A DNA stretch of 64,000 nucleotides from Callorhinchus milii (taxonomy: Eukaryota). The DNA lies in NCBI RefSeq assembly GCF_018977255.1, contig NW_024704742.1:126544001-126608000 (forward strand), written 5' to 3'. Of this stretch, positions 12,256-25,498 are shown in pieces. The notes under the pieces were generated by a model, which saw only the letters and a program-made list of their open reading frames with translations, did no database searches and had not been told where the DNA came from. The translations under genes were made by a program, and so were the position numbers. Every line of letters begins with the position of its first letter. Positions within the stretch are counted from its first letter, which is position 1.

Positions 12256-13198
12256 TGATCACTGAAACAAATATATCTCTTTCATTTTCTATTCTCTTTT
12301 TTTGTTCTTATTAAAATAACCCTCCTCCTTGTCTTGAAATGCATACATGACAGAATCCAAAATATTCTTAAAAATAGTCTCCAAATTAAGACTAAATTTA
12401 AGAACTTTCCAAAATTCAGCACAATTTACATTTTAAGATAATGGTAGTAAGCCTAAGACGGTGAGAATTTTTCTGCTTCAGTTTCTTACAGTGAGCTTTT
12501 GGCCTGATTGTTACACAATGAATGACACGTTCATTTTCTGCACAATAATTCTCCAAACATGTTTATTAATAATCAGCTTTAATTCAAGCCGGGAGCAGGT
12601 CGGCAGCAGCGGACTCAACTGTGATAATAATATCTTTTAATAAAGCAACGTTATCTTTGCTAGGAATACACTGTCAGCCTCTGCATTCGTAAAATATTCT
12701 CTGCATGAAAATGTCACCATTTAGAGTATGCTGGCATGAGAGTAGGCAATTTGGTTGAGTGATTGGAATCTGTGCTGTGAGTGTACAGTAAGTATACCAC
12801 CCACAGCCAAAGCTTTTAACTCAGCTAGTTTCATCTTTCCATCTGGGCTTTGGAAAGACCGAAGGCCCGTGAGGATTCAAACAGTGATTGCATAAAGTAT
12901 TGCTGAATACAGCATTGGGATTTATTTTAGTTTAACAGAGTTCAATAGATTATAATGAAGTAACAGATGGTGAGACATTGTAAATGGCACCATGGACCTG
13001 CAGTTATGGCAGTACCTATAAAAGGCACGCCATGTACCTGTCTGAACTTTAAATGTTCTTTATATTTGGTATCATTACAGTCTAGAACACACGTTTGCAC
13101 ATCCTCCTTCTCCAGAAAACTGAATAGTTTAGGTACAATCACTTGCATTGTACCTAAAGGACAATGTTAACACAGATATTAACTTAAGAGAAGTGCAT

Positions 13199-13517
13199 AT
13201 AATAATAATAATCCTTGCATTTGATATAGCGCCTTATCACATCATTGAGACATCTCAAAGCACTTCACAGAATAAACTAAAGTAAATTGACTGTACATTT
13301 TGTGGGCAAAACACAGCAGCCAATTGTGCACAGCAGTGTCCCACAAAACAGTGGTGGATTGAGTGACTCCCAAAAAAATTTTTCAGGGATTATTATGGGT
13401 AAACAGAGGCATGTGGAGTAAGGAAACTTGCCTAAGGTTTCGATATGCCCAGGAATGAAACCTGGATCCTTTCACTTGCGAGGTGAGCGCTCTAACTACT
13501 ATGCTACAGGACTCCAC
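13199..13517 (-). mobile_element. Full-length tRNA-Ala-like Deu SINE
   Basis: Head gctacaggactcca through (att)n tail. Confidence 0.9.
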
Positions 13518-14089
13518 TAAAAGATTAAATCTAATACCAAGAAGTCAGTCTAAATATAAAAACCTGGTTGCTTAAAGGTTGAGTTTGAGGACTATTTTCG
13601 CAGTAAGGTATTCCCTATCATCAAGTTCTCTTTGGCTTTCATACCTCTGCTGCTGAGAGGCCAGTCCCAGCACAGCCTATTCCTAGTGACTACTTTGCAA
13701 TTGGGCACCAACTGGCCACCGAAGTGATTTTTCCTCTCCTCCTGTAGAGGACACTTCTGCTTGGCACCTCGCCCACTTGGCTGTTAATCATCCCACATCA
13801 CAGTAATAAGCATTAGAGTCCAAATGTACAGCATCACAAAGCTAAACTACTGGCTGTGGGAGCAATTGTATTGTTGGAGCTGATGTCTGACAAAGAGGAA
13901 GATCTTCAGGTGTGATCTGATAAAGGGGAAGGAGGGGCAAGGTGGAGGAATAGAGGGAGATAGTTTCAAAGATTCCAAAACCGACCGTACTATGGACTTC
14001 ACCTTGCCCACTCTCTCTCTCTTCCTGAGTAAAATTTTGCATAGACGCTCTCTGAACCCCAAAGGAAATCATGCACAAAGTCCAATGTG

Positions 14090-14350
14090 ATTAGGTCTGT
14101 TCAGGTGGATATTAAAGAACCCATTGCACAATTTAAAAAGAGACAGGAATATCTCCCTGTGTCCTGGCCAATAATCTCCAAAATAAAATTGGCCATTCAC
14201 ACAACATCATGGCTGTTTGTTGGACATTGCTGTGCTTAAAGTAACTGCTGTGCTTGCCTACAAAATATATTTTACAGTAAATCCTGTGAAGCTCTTTGAG
14301 ATGTCTCATTGACTTGATAAGGCACTGCATCAAGTGAATGGATTAATTAT
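14090..14350 (+). mobile_element. Old Deu SINE, 3' part
   Basis: ttcaggtggatattaaagaaccc...gtgtcctggccaata...ggacattgctgtgc. Confidence 0.7.
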
Positions 14351-14727
14351 TTAGATAGTCATCTGTCTCATTGTACAGTCCTGACCTCCTTCCCTTCACA
14401 CAAAACATTCCCCTTCCCCCAAACCCCTCTAGCCGCACAAAAATAACTGTGGAGAATTTGTTCATCTGCATCTGTTCCTATATCTTAAATACTGTCCTCA
14501 AGCTATCGCACCCATTCAACAAAGCACTTAACAAGGTTTATTTAAGGATATTCAACTCCACACAGAGCAATCTTACCTAGTAACATCTCCAGGCAACCTA
14601 CTCACTACACGTTTACACATCGTGGCATGTGGAATCAATATAACTGATTTTACTTGTTACAGATAATCATAGAGAAAGCGAATCAGAAAATCGGAAAAGA
14701 AGAGAAACATGCCAAGTGAAGGATGGC

Positions 14728-15310
14728 ATTGGTTTCAGCTTGGCTCAGTTGCTAGCAGGCATGCCTCTTAGTCAGACGGTTGTGAGGTCAAGTCTCACAT
14801 TGGCAATTGAATTCATAGTCTAGACTGACACACTAGTGCGTTACTAGTTGGGGAAGTCCTTATTGTCAAAGGTGCTCTGATCAGATGTAAGCTGTCTGAT
14901 TGCATGAATGTTGCAGGGAGCTGGGAGCGGAAAGTCCTGAATCCTGAGGAGGACCACACCCAGCCCTCCGAGCAGCCCCGACTTGCAGCACCCATGGGCC
15001 CCCTCTTGCCCCTCCCCCAACTTGTGCAAGGCACCCGTCCACTTTCATCCTGGCAGGCTGCTCCTAGTGGGGACTCAACTCTGATTATTTTATGGACTGT
15101 CAGTCAAGTCAATGGCTCACCTGGATTATTATTAAAGTGGATTAGCCCTTTAACTGAGTTTTACTCAGCACTCACGGCTGTTTGTACGACATTGCTGGTA
15201 CAAATGGTTGCTGTGCTTGTCTGGATAAACAGTCCCTGCATTTGATCATTTCCTGTGAAGCATGTTGAGACATTTCAACCTCATAAAGTACTGTAAAAAT
15301 GCAACTTCCT
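14728..15310 (+). mobile_element. Old tRNA/Deu SINE with a ~170-bp GC-rich insertion (~14910-15075)
   Basis: tcagcttggctcagttg head; Deu body resumes after the insert. Confidence 0.55.
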
Positions 15311-15683
15311 TCTTTACTGGTACCTCAATCTCTGATGGAGACTGTCATTCAAGCTCCAAGCCTGAAGAAGATTTTAAAATATGTCTTCTTATCCTGGATT
15401 CTACACTGAAACTGAAGTGGAGATTCATTCCCTCCAGTCGCAAAGAAATTATTTCTCCCCATACAAAATATCTTCCTTTATTTCAATTTCAGAACGGCAG
15501 AAGTGCAACTTTTTTTGGGTTCCTCACAAAAGTCATCCTTGTGGCCTCTTTGACTGAGATTGCCAATTAGCGATGAATTATGGATAGTTGTGTGCTGTGG
15601 ACTTGTGCCCAATGGACCTCGCTTGAGACTGTACAAATCCATTTTGCTTGGCTACAGCTGCAAGAGGACATTTTCATCCCTTC

Positions 15684-16000
15684 ATTATAATAATAATCCT
15701 TGCAATTGATATGGAACCTTATCATAATAATAATAATAATAATAATCTTTGCATTTGATATAGCGCTTTTCACGTCGGGAGGACATCCCAAAGCGCTTCA
15801 CAGAACACACTGTAAAGTGAATTGACTGTATATTTTTGTGGGTGAAACACGGCAGCCAATTGCGCACAGCAGTGTCCCACAAACAGTCGTGGATTGAGTG
15901 CCAATTTATTATTTTTTTTCTTGAAGGATTATTATCAGGCATGTGGACCAAGGAAAGTTGCCCAAGGTTTCTCCCTGCCGGGAATCGAACCCAGGTCTCT
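15684..16000 (-). mobile_element. Young SINE, head truncated, with a duplicated tail fragment
   Basis: ttcacgtcgggaggacatcccaaagcgc tail and ggaatcgaacc B box (reverse complement). Confidence 0.9.
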
Positions 16001-16369
16001 TCACAGAAGGGGTGAGGTCCTCCTTTGCTGTACTTTAACACTGTGATGACTTGTTAAATGCTGCTATTGAAATACACCAATTTTATTCCATGTACTAATG
16101 TATGAAACAGTATCAGGGGAAGTTACTTGCCAATTAGTGATTTCTTTCCCAGTCTCTGGTTGGCCTCACAAGTGGATTTTATTATAATATTATTATTGGC
16201 AGAAATAAAAAAAAGTAGGAAAAACTACAGTAGATGGGCTCCACTGTTGCCCTACAGGGAGTAGTAATCATGATGTAATATATACAAAAATCGCAAAAAA
16301 TCAAAGAATAGGCAGATTCAACATTCTGTTTTCTGGCATAATCAACATTTCAATTTCAATTATTAGAGT

Positions 16370-16532
16370 AAATCCATGACTGTTTGTGGGACACTGCTGT
16401 GCGTAATTGGTTGCCACATTTCGTCCACAAATATACAGTCAATTCACTTTACAGTATATTCTGTGAAGCGCTTTGAGACGTCTAGAAGATGTGAAAAGCG
16501 TTCTATCAAACGCAAGGATTATTATTATTATA
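16370..16532 (+). mobile_element. SINE 3' half
   Basis: Deu motif and ggattattattatta tail. Confidence 0.85.
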
Positions 16533-18696
16533 ATGATGGGAGAAACCACATGAGAACCTGTGTCAAAATCTTATAAACCATGCCAACTTCTGCCTTACCA
16601 ATGCCACCCTGTTCCAATAATAGACAGGTACCCACATGTCCAGATGTTCGCCTACATGCTGTAACACACACTCACTATGCTTTGTAGTAAGTCCTGTGAA
16701 GCTCTTTGAAACATCCTCCTGACATGAAAGACATCAAATGAAATGCAAGGATTATTATTATATAATAAAATGACAGCAGTAACAGTTATCTGTATTTTGC
16801 TAGTTTCAGGAGATTTAATGAAGCAATAATGGTAAAATTCAGCAGAAGTTATCAACTCCAAGTATAGCGGAACAAACTAACAGCGACAACAACAACTTGC
16901 ATTTATATACTCACTTCATGTGGGGTGGCGTCTCAGAGCGCTGAACAATGGTATAGTTTGTTGCTGAGCCTTACAGGGAAAGCCTGTTGCAGAGAAAGGG
17001 GACATGATCAAAGGCATGGGCAAAGAGGAAAGTCTTTGGATGCAATCTGAAGACAGGTAAAGAGGGGGCAAAGCGGAGAAATTAAGAGGGGAAATGGACA
17101 AAATATTGTTCATTGCAAACACGATGGCAAAAGGGTGTATAAAGCTACAAAGCAAACCTAGGAATTCAATGGCTGCATAGGCTGCTGAAACCTAATTCTT
17201 GTAGTTTATTTGATCAGAGCTGTTCAAATAAATAAGATACTGTAGTAACACACAGAGCAAGTTACTACAGAATCTTATTTTGCCCGTAGCGTACATTCAA
17301 CTTTGAACACTTAGTATCAAAATATATGGGAATACATTCAATTGAAGATTAAATTGACAATACTCATTACTTGCCCAATTTATTCAAATTAAGCTCGCTT
17401 ACAAATGTCCTGTTGATGCTCAAATAACAGCAACTTCTGTGAGGAAAGTTCTGTACCTCAGGACCTTTTGCATTGCTTTGTGATAGATGCTTATCGCATT
17501 GCACACCTGCAACCCACCTAAAAATTCTGAACAAATTGCAGATCTTTGTCGAATTGTAACACAGGAGCCAGTGAGGGTTGCAATATTTTGACAAGCAGTC
17601 TATATGTGATTTGGAAGCGACTAGGTTATCAGGAAATAAAATGTCTCAATCTCAGGATGGAAGGAGGAAAATGAGTTTCTGAAGTCCCTTCTCTTGTTTT
17701 CTTTTGACACGAGTCACCTCCCTAAATCCTTTCACCAAAGGAGAAAAATAGCTGATTAACTTTTCTAATGATATTTGTTCAAGCCACGCAGATGCATTAG
17801 TCTTCATAGACATCAGTGCAATTGCAGCTACATTTCATCTCTGACTTATGAGAGGAACAAAAAAAATATATAGGATGGAGCTCTCTGGTACTAAGTGGAA
17901 ACAGGTCAATCAGTCACAGGAGGCCATAGACTCAAAGAGGAGATGTAGAAGCTTGTGTACAATTAAATTCAACTCCCAGCCAGGCGTTATTGCCCTAATG
18001 AGAGGAATCAATCTTCCAAACCTCTTTCATTTGTGATAATCATGGGGATTTCAATATCTCAGAGGTAATGCAGACAGACCAGGGACAAACAAGAAGGAGG
18101 GATGAAAGCACAAGCAATTTCAGATGTAATAAGCGACTGCTTCTTAACACAGCATGTGAAGTGTGGTGCTAGAGCAGATGCTGCATTAGTTTTAATATTC
18201 AACAGTCTACCATAACTGATTATAACCTGGAAAAGGATAAGGGTTGCATTTGGGTTCCAGTAATCACTGCAAACTGAGATTGTATATCTTATTAAAGTCT
18301 AAAGCCAAAAATAACAACACAGAGCTGCATGGCTTTACAGGAGCAAATTCTACAGTTATGGTAATAGTTTCAGGGAGACATAAGTAGGAAATTGATCTAC
18401 AAAACTGAATAGAAGAAAATTGAATGTTTTAACCTCAGCAGGTCTACGAAAAACCATGGACCTGACTGGTTCTGTAAGAATTAATTGTGACAATAAAGAA
18501 AAAAACATTAATAATATAGATTTAAGGTAGTGAAACATTAGGATAGTTTCATTTTGGTAATAATGAAAATTATTTTTCATCAAAATTAGATGAGTAACCC
18601 ATTAATGAGAAGATTGGAGATTTTAGGAAATTATCTATAAATTTATTTTGGGTCAGCCGAATGTCTGACACAAGCGAAAACCCATCACCATTGCTT

Positions 18697-19945
18697 AAAC
18701 AACAACAACAACAAAATTCCATTTATAAAGCGTCTTTCATGTCAGGAGGACGTCCCAAGGCGCTGGACAGACAAAGTTACAGACCCAAGCTGGGGGTCAG
18801 GGGTCAGGGAGGATGGAGGGCAGGGGGGATCCAGGGAGATTAAAAGTACAGATGAAGAGGAGGGTCTTGAGATGGGTCTTGAAGGTGGCGAGGGAGGAAG
18901 CGAGGCGGAGGAACTGTGGGATGGAGTTCCAGAGGATGGGGGCAAAATGGCGGAAAGCCCGCCCGCCAATAGTGGAGTGAGCGAGGCGGGGGACATGAAG
19001 CAGGCCGGGGCTCGCTGAGAGGAGGGAGCGAGCAGGATGGTTGGGGGTTAGGAGGTCGCAGAGGTAGAGGGGAGCAAGATCATGGAGGGCTTTGAAGGTG
19101 AGGGCCAGGATCTTGAACTGTATCCTCTATGTGATGGGAAGCCAGTGGAGTTGGGCGAGGATGGGGGTGATAGGGTCGCAGAGACTGGCGCGGGAGAGGA
19201 TACGGGCTGCAGAGTTCTGGATGATCTGCAGCCTGTGGAGGGAGGAGTTAGGGAGGCCGACAAGCAAGGAGTTTGCATAGTCGAGTCAAGATGCAACGAA
19301 GGCATGTATGAGGATCTCGGCGGCCTGCGGTGTGAGACAGTGTCGGAGCCGGGCAACATTGCGGAGGTGGGGGAAGGCAGAGCGGGTCATGGCGCAGATG
19401 TGGGGTAGAAAGGATAGTTGAGGGTCAAACAAGACCCCAAGGTTCCGGACTGGCTTAGTGAGGTGGAGTCTGTAACCATGGATGGTGATGCTATCAGCGC
19501 CTGAGGTGTGGAGGCGCTGACGGGAGCCAATCAGGAGACGCTCAGTCTTGTTGACGTTCAACTGAACAAAAGTTAGCTCTCCTCCAGGACTTGATGTCAG
19601 GCAGACATTCAGTCAGGACAGCAGTGATTCTGGAGTCAAGGGTGGAGGCAGAGAGATAGAGTTGGATGTCATCCGCATACATGTGGAAGTTGACGCCATG
19701 TCTGTGGATGATGTCACCAAGAAGGAGCATATAGATATTGAAGAGGAGGGGACCAAGGATAGAGCCCTGAGGAACACTGTACAAGATGATGGGGTGGCTA
19801 GAAGAGAAGTCATTTGTGGAGATGAAGTGCAGGCGGTGTGAGAGGTACGATCTGAACCAGTCAAGAACAGAGCTGTGAAGGTTGAGGTGAGAGGAGAGAC
19901 GGAGGAATGAAGATAGAGTGGTCGACAGTGTCGACAAAAGCACCG
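18697..19945 (-). mobile_element. 5'-truncated L2 LINE (~1.25 kb, RT C-terminal part, frameshifted)
   Basis: ORFs give VPQGSILGPLLFNIY, FHMYADDIQLYLS and VRNLGVLFD; (caa)n tail. Confidence 0.95.
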
Positions 19946-19978
19946 TTGACCATTCTATAAAGGAGTATTCAAACCAAA

Positions 19979-20290
19979 ATGGAGTCCTGTAGCTCAGTGG
20001 TTAGAGCACTCATCTCGCAAGCAAGAGACCTAGGTTTGATTCCCGGCGGGGCAAAACCTTGGGCAATTTTCGTTAGTCCACACACCTGATAATAATCACT
20101 CAAGAAAAAAAGATAATAAATTGGTCACTCAATCCAGGACTGTTTGTGGGACACTGCTGTGCGCAATTGGCTACCGTGTTTCGCCCACAAATATACGGTC
20201 AATTCACTTTATCAGTATATTCTGTGAAGCTCTTTGAGACGTCTCAAAGATGTGAAATGCTCTATAGCAAATGCAAGGATTATTATTATT
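19979..20290 (+). mobile_element. Full-length tRNA-Ala-like SINE
   Basis: A box tagctcagtgg, B box ggtttgattcc, Deu motif and (att)n tail. Confidence 0.92.
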
Positions 20291-20986
20291 AAACAGAATT
20301 AGTTCCACACATCCCACTATGGAAATTTCCGAAGAATGTTCATTGGAACGGAATGCAATCACTCTCCCTGAAGTTTAGTCAGGTTCTTCCTTACTTAATT
20401 CCAGAGAGTATCAGGTACAAGTTGGCAAGAGCCACGGCTTGGGGATTCCATGGGGAGACTGCTTACTGTCCCCCCCAAGGATAGTCACCAGACACATCAT
20501 TGGATACAAACAAGCTTGGGTTTGAGCCCTCACTAAGTGGATGGCAGGGACCAGGAACTGGTGGCCAAACCAGCTCAGCATAAAATGAGAAATGCATGGA
20601 AGTATTGCCACCATCCTCCTGCCTACAGCTCAGACATACATCCCTTCCCATTAAGTGGTGGTTCCACTACTTGCAGATGTAGAGCTTGAGTAGCAACCGC
20701 TTAACTCTATGCAAACCAATCAATATTGGTTATTGATTGGTTAATATCGATTGTGGATGAAATGAATAGGGATGGAATAATAGGGACCTTTAAAAGATAG
20801 GTAGATAGTCAGGGTGTAGTGAGAATAAAGGGTATGGTGAAAGGGCAGACATTGTGATCGGCCAAGAACTAATAAACTGGTGAAATGGGTTAGATGGGCT
20901 GAATGGCCTCCACCTGGTTCCCAGATGACCTCCCGTTGTGAAAGGTGCTATAAAAATACAATTTGTTGTTCGCTGTATTCCAATGT

Positions 20987-20987
<1 letters not shown>

Positions 20988-21017
<30 letters not shown>

Positions 21018-21200
21018 TCCACTTATAGAGCGCCTTTCACGTCAGGAGGACGTCCCAAGGCGCTGCACAGTTGGGTCATGACCCGAGCAAGGGGGAAATG
21101 GTCAGGGTGAGGGGAGGGAAGGGAGGGAGAGAGGAGGGGGGAAATGGTCAGGGTGAGGGGAGGGAAGGGAGGGAGCGAGGAGGAGGAAGAGAGTCGAGAG
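20988..21200 (-). mobile_element. Young L2 3' end with an internal 46-bp tandem duplication
   Basis: Long (caa)n tail; near-identical to 35170-35310 and 49820-49975. Confidence 0.9.
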
Positions 21201-21411
21201 GGGACAAATTCCACTTCTCAAGTTGCCTATTCTCATGGCTTTTCAATAACACTGGTGTCAAATTTTACAGTAACTACATTGTCTTAAAACTTGCTTTCCC
21301 CATCTTTTCAAGAGTCAAAAGGCTTTGTGAAAAAAATCTAAAACATGTTCAGTTCCAGCACCACCCGCAACCATGATAAGTTTCACTTTATCACACATTT
21401 ATGGATCACAT

Positions 21412-21421
21412 TTTATTTATT
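21412..21421 (-). terminator. Candidate distal polyadenylation signal of NNT (overlapping AATAAATAAA)
   Basis: Plus strand tttatttatt. A G/U-rich tract follows on the minus strand. It marks the end of an AT-rich, SINE/LINE-poor stretch behind the stop codon. Confidence 0.35.
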
Positions 21422-22492
21422 CTATGCAATGCGTTCAAAATTAAGACTGCACGCTGAAAGTTATATCCCCAAAACATTAGCTTGATTTGGAACAGATTCA
21501 AAGCTAACCTCCAAAGCTATCTCTCTGTTAAGAGATTTTGCTGTGTCGTGTCAGATTGATTACATGCTTTGCTCAGTTTTTCTTTGAATGAGGTTATTAT
21601 CCACATGCTTTTCAATAATCCAATCTGCCAATGCGGAATGGAAACCAGAGGGCTCAATCCCCCAAACACAAACAAACTAGGATATCATATAAATAAAAAC
21701 ATACCCGAGACCGGCTTGAAGCCTGTAACCTTAGCTCAAGGTTTAGGAAGTTATATACAAACTCCTCAATTTAGAATCTTGCATTTCCAATCATTACCGC
21801 TGTTTTGTACAAGGTCTAATTATTGTTTTTAACACGGCTTCAATGTTTTGTGATCCAAACAACCTTATTGTGACGAGCTTGTGGGAAAAGTGCTAATTTG
21901 TGTAAATCACAAACAATGGGTTTGTGGGGTTTCCTATATACTGGAGCCTGAACTGTTCAAGTGTGTGTGTGTTTTTTAAAAAGAGAACCCTGCACACTTA
22001 GAGAATTCTTTTAAACCCAGTTGCCTGTACTTGGAGGTCAGTACCCAACCCAATAATACCAATCAACTCCTTGAATTGCCCTTATAAGAAAGGTAGCAGC
22101 AAGAAAAGCATCATTAAATGTCTCCAATTTATAGCGAGCATCCTTAAATGGAACTGATTTTAAAATTTCAGCTTGAATAAGATTCAAAACAGAAGTTTAG
22201 TCAGGTTCTTTATTGAGCTGCTTTCCATGTCAAGGCACCATGCAAAGATTTCAGTCGTTTTCTCAAACTGCGACATACTGAATCCATAATTAAAATGGCA
22301 AAACTCAGCTTATCCTAGTTATGCTTTGCAACCATTAGAATGTACACACATGGTTAGGCAAAGAGAACTCAGCATAACAAACAGTACTTTTTACATCCAC
22401 TAAGTCTTTACTTAACCAAATATTTTACTATCAGTACAGTACAACCTAAAATAAGCAATTCAAACCTTTATAAATATTTACCAATATTACAT

Positions 22493-22498
22493 TTTATT
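22493..22498 (-). terminator. Candidate proximal polyadenylation signal of NNT (AATAAA)
   Basis: Plus strand tttatt, followed on the minus strand by U/GU-rich sequence. Other hexamers lie at 22531, 23155 and 23249. Confidence 0.3.
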
Positions 22499-23838
22499 AG
22501 ATGGATCTTTTCCTATGATGATGATGTAAGTTTATTAGATAATGCCCTGAACCATAAACCATTCAGTCATCAGTACAGCAGAGTAATTAAACATTGCTGT
22601 TGAATTGTACTATTTTTATAGGGATTTTGTAAACCACGTCTTGAAACAAAATGCAATTTGGTGGAGTTCATTACAGAGGCAAGTAAACTGAAAGGCTCAT
22701 TGCTTACTGTGCAACCTAGAATATCAATTCTCACATAGATGTTGCACATCAGAAGCAGATAGTCAACAAACATTGGTCTAATAAGAAACTTAGGAGGTAG
22801 CTATGGGAATATGAGGTTTTGTCAATGATGGTCCTGATTTATAATGCGTTACATAAATGTACTGTCCGACTGATTTTACAGGATCCCCATACACTATAAA
22901 AATGGCAACTATAGTTGATTCACAGTAATCTCATATTACACTTAATTTATCTGCAGGCATTTACTGTAACTCATGAGAGCACAATGCACAACAAACATAC
23001 AGCTACTTTATAGCTAATAGATGATCTTTCATTATAGAAAACAGCATCTTAAGTTAGAAAGATCTATTTGTCATATTTATTTATCACCATACATAGTAAT
23101 AAAATGCAACTCATAGTCGCTTAATGCAATACAAAATGATGGTTCTATGGGATCTTTATTATGTTGGCTGACATTTCTTTTGCACTCAACAAAAATTACT
23201 ATTTGATGCATGTGTTGTTGAACACATTTTGTTGGCCCTCTGACAATATTTATTCTGTTATACTTATTCCAAATGTTAAATTTCAATAAGTGCTGGCATA
23301 AGCTTGTTTAATATATTATATAGTCGACCCTCCCTATAATGCTGATTTTGGCATCCAAACAAAAATGCCCATACAGCATGAGACATCCTAAATAGGCTAT
23401 ATCATACAGCTTCTCTATCTGTGAGAGAGCCATACATAACACTTAGTTGGTCAGTGGTTGAAGTGCCACACAGAATTATAGTGAGATGCTACTACTCAAG
23501 ACCTCTTGGATACCAATGGATCCTCCCACTCTTAATGGTCGTCATCAATTTAATGAAATTTGTGACCCACCCTTCTCCCTTGTATAAAACCCAGAGAACT
23601 GTATTCTGATTATCAATAGTACGATTGCCACACTTCAAGGAAAAAAAGGGGAGAAAGAGTACAAAAAAAATGTTGGGGATAATGATGCATAAGTCTGCGT
23701 GAATGCCACCTTTCTCAAAGAATTATTTGCCAAAGAATTTAAGTTCTGGATTTAGTTATTGCTAACCATTTGCTTTCAATTAACACTGATTAGTTCAAAA
23801 TAAACCACTAAGTGCCAAACATTCTCTTGTATTTAGCA

Positions 23839-24090
<252 letters not shown>

Positions 24091-25169
24091 CTAAAGGTGG
24101 GTAGCAGACATTGATATACTGTGCACAACAATTTTTTATAATGGCAATGGAATTATTTGTGCACGAAAGGCTATTAATCCCAGCAGTGTCCAATTAATCC
24201 TGCCTGAAAGCAGGCGCCAAAAAATCAATCACGTTTTTGTTAAACATTTGCTTATTTATTTTTCAATGACCCAATCTGACATAATGCATCTAATATTTAT
24301 ACCCCCACCGGGATGGGGAGGGGGGGTGAGGGAAAACACAGAAACAGGAGGAAAAGGGGCCATACAATGTGGCATTTGCATTTAAGATACAGCCTTATCC
24401 AAATAAATAATCTCATTTTGACCACAGTAACTGTGAAACCCATCAAGACAGACATGACCTTATTTTACACAAAGCTTCCTAAAGTTAAGAAAATCTCTTT
24501 ACCCTCAAAGATGACTGGATTAAGTTCAGCACAGCTGTAGGTTACAACTCAAATTGCTTTGTGACTGAAAGATCAATTTTGTCACAACCCTTTGCACCCT
24601 TTGAAATTAGGGCAAGTCTGGATAGGCTCCAAGAGCAACACCTCCACCCTCAGATCCTAAAACATCATAGATGTGTTGATCTGAGTTTGATTTGAAGCTC
24701 AAATAGCATTACTGACTGGCAAAAATCATGCCCAAGCAAATTAAGCCAAACCAGTTAGTCTGCAATAATTAAATGAATAGATTTTTCTCTCTCTCTCAAG
24801 AGAAAGGGTAAACGCTATCAAGCATTTTTAAAAAGTAATTTTCCAGTTCATGAAATCAAATAACCTGTCAACAACGGCTGTGCCTGGACACTGAAGATGA
24901 GAAAGTTGATTTGAAGGATGAACCTGCTTACTGAAGCTCAGACTTAGATGTCCTGTTTGTGGACTCCAGTCATAAACTGATTGAGCACAAACTAAAGCTA
25001 AGGGTTAAAGCGCTCCCACTGCCTCTCATGCATTCATGTATTGAGTTCCCATTTGCTGAAAGCTGTGGTGTTGTTTGCACATGGAATCCTCAAAAACAAT
25101 TCTAGGAACCGCAGACTTGCCTACTAAAGACACCAAATATTTGGGAAACTTTCATCAATTTACAGAATT

Positions 25170-25498
25170 GTGGAGTCCTGTAGCTCAGTGGTTAGAGCAC
25201 TCGCTTTGCAAGTGAGAGACCTGAGTTCAATTCCAGGCAGAGGGCGAAACCTTGGGCAAGTTTCCTTACTCCACACAGAGCCTAATAATAATCCCTCCAA
25301 AAACCAAAAAAAAACAATAATAAATTGGTCATTTTCAATCTACGACTGTTTGTGGGACGTTGCTGTGCGCAATTGACTGCCGCGTTCTCCCACAAATATA
25401 CAGTCAATTCATGTTACAGTATATTCTGTGAAGCGCGTTGGGACGTCCTCCCGACGTGAAAAGCGCTATATCAAATGCAAGGATTATTATTATTATTA
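25170..25498 (+). mobile_element. Full-length young tRNA-Ala-like SINE (NNT intron, antisense)
   Basis: About the first 130 nt are identical to the copy at 45158; TGC anticodon-like loop. Confidence 0.95.

Noticed and set aside
21011..21215. ATTCCACTT on both sides of the L2 fragment as a possible target-site duplication
   Set aside because: The left copy is internal to the L2 tail, so it cannot be a target-site duplication.
22514..22549. C/D-box-like motifs ATGATGA...CTGA
   Set aside because: Too short, no terminal stem, and antisense to the NNT 3' region rather than intronic in a host gene.
25170..25245. tRNA-Ala-like sequence (also at 19979, 45158 and 52081)
   Set aside because: The acceptor stem does not pair and each copy continues into a SINE body and (ATT)n tail, so these are SINE heads, not tRNA genes.
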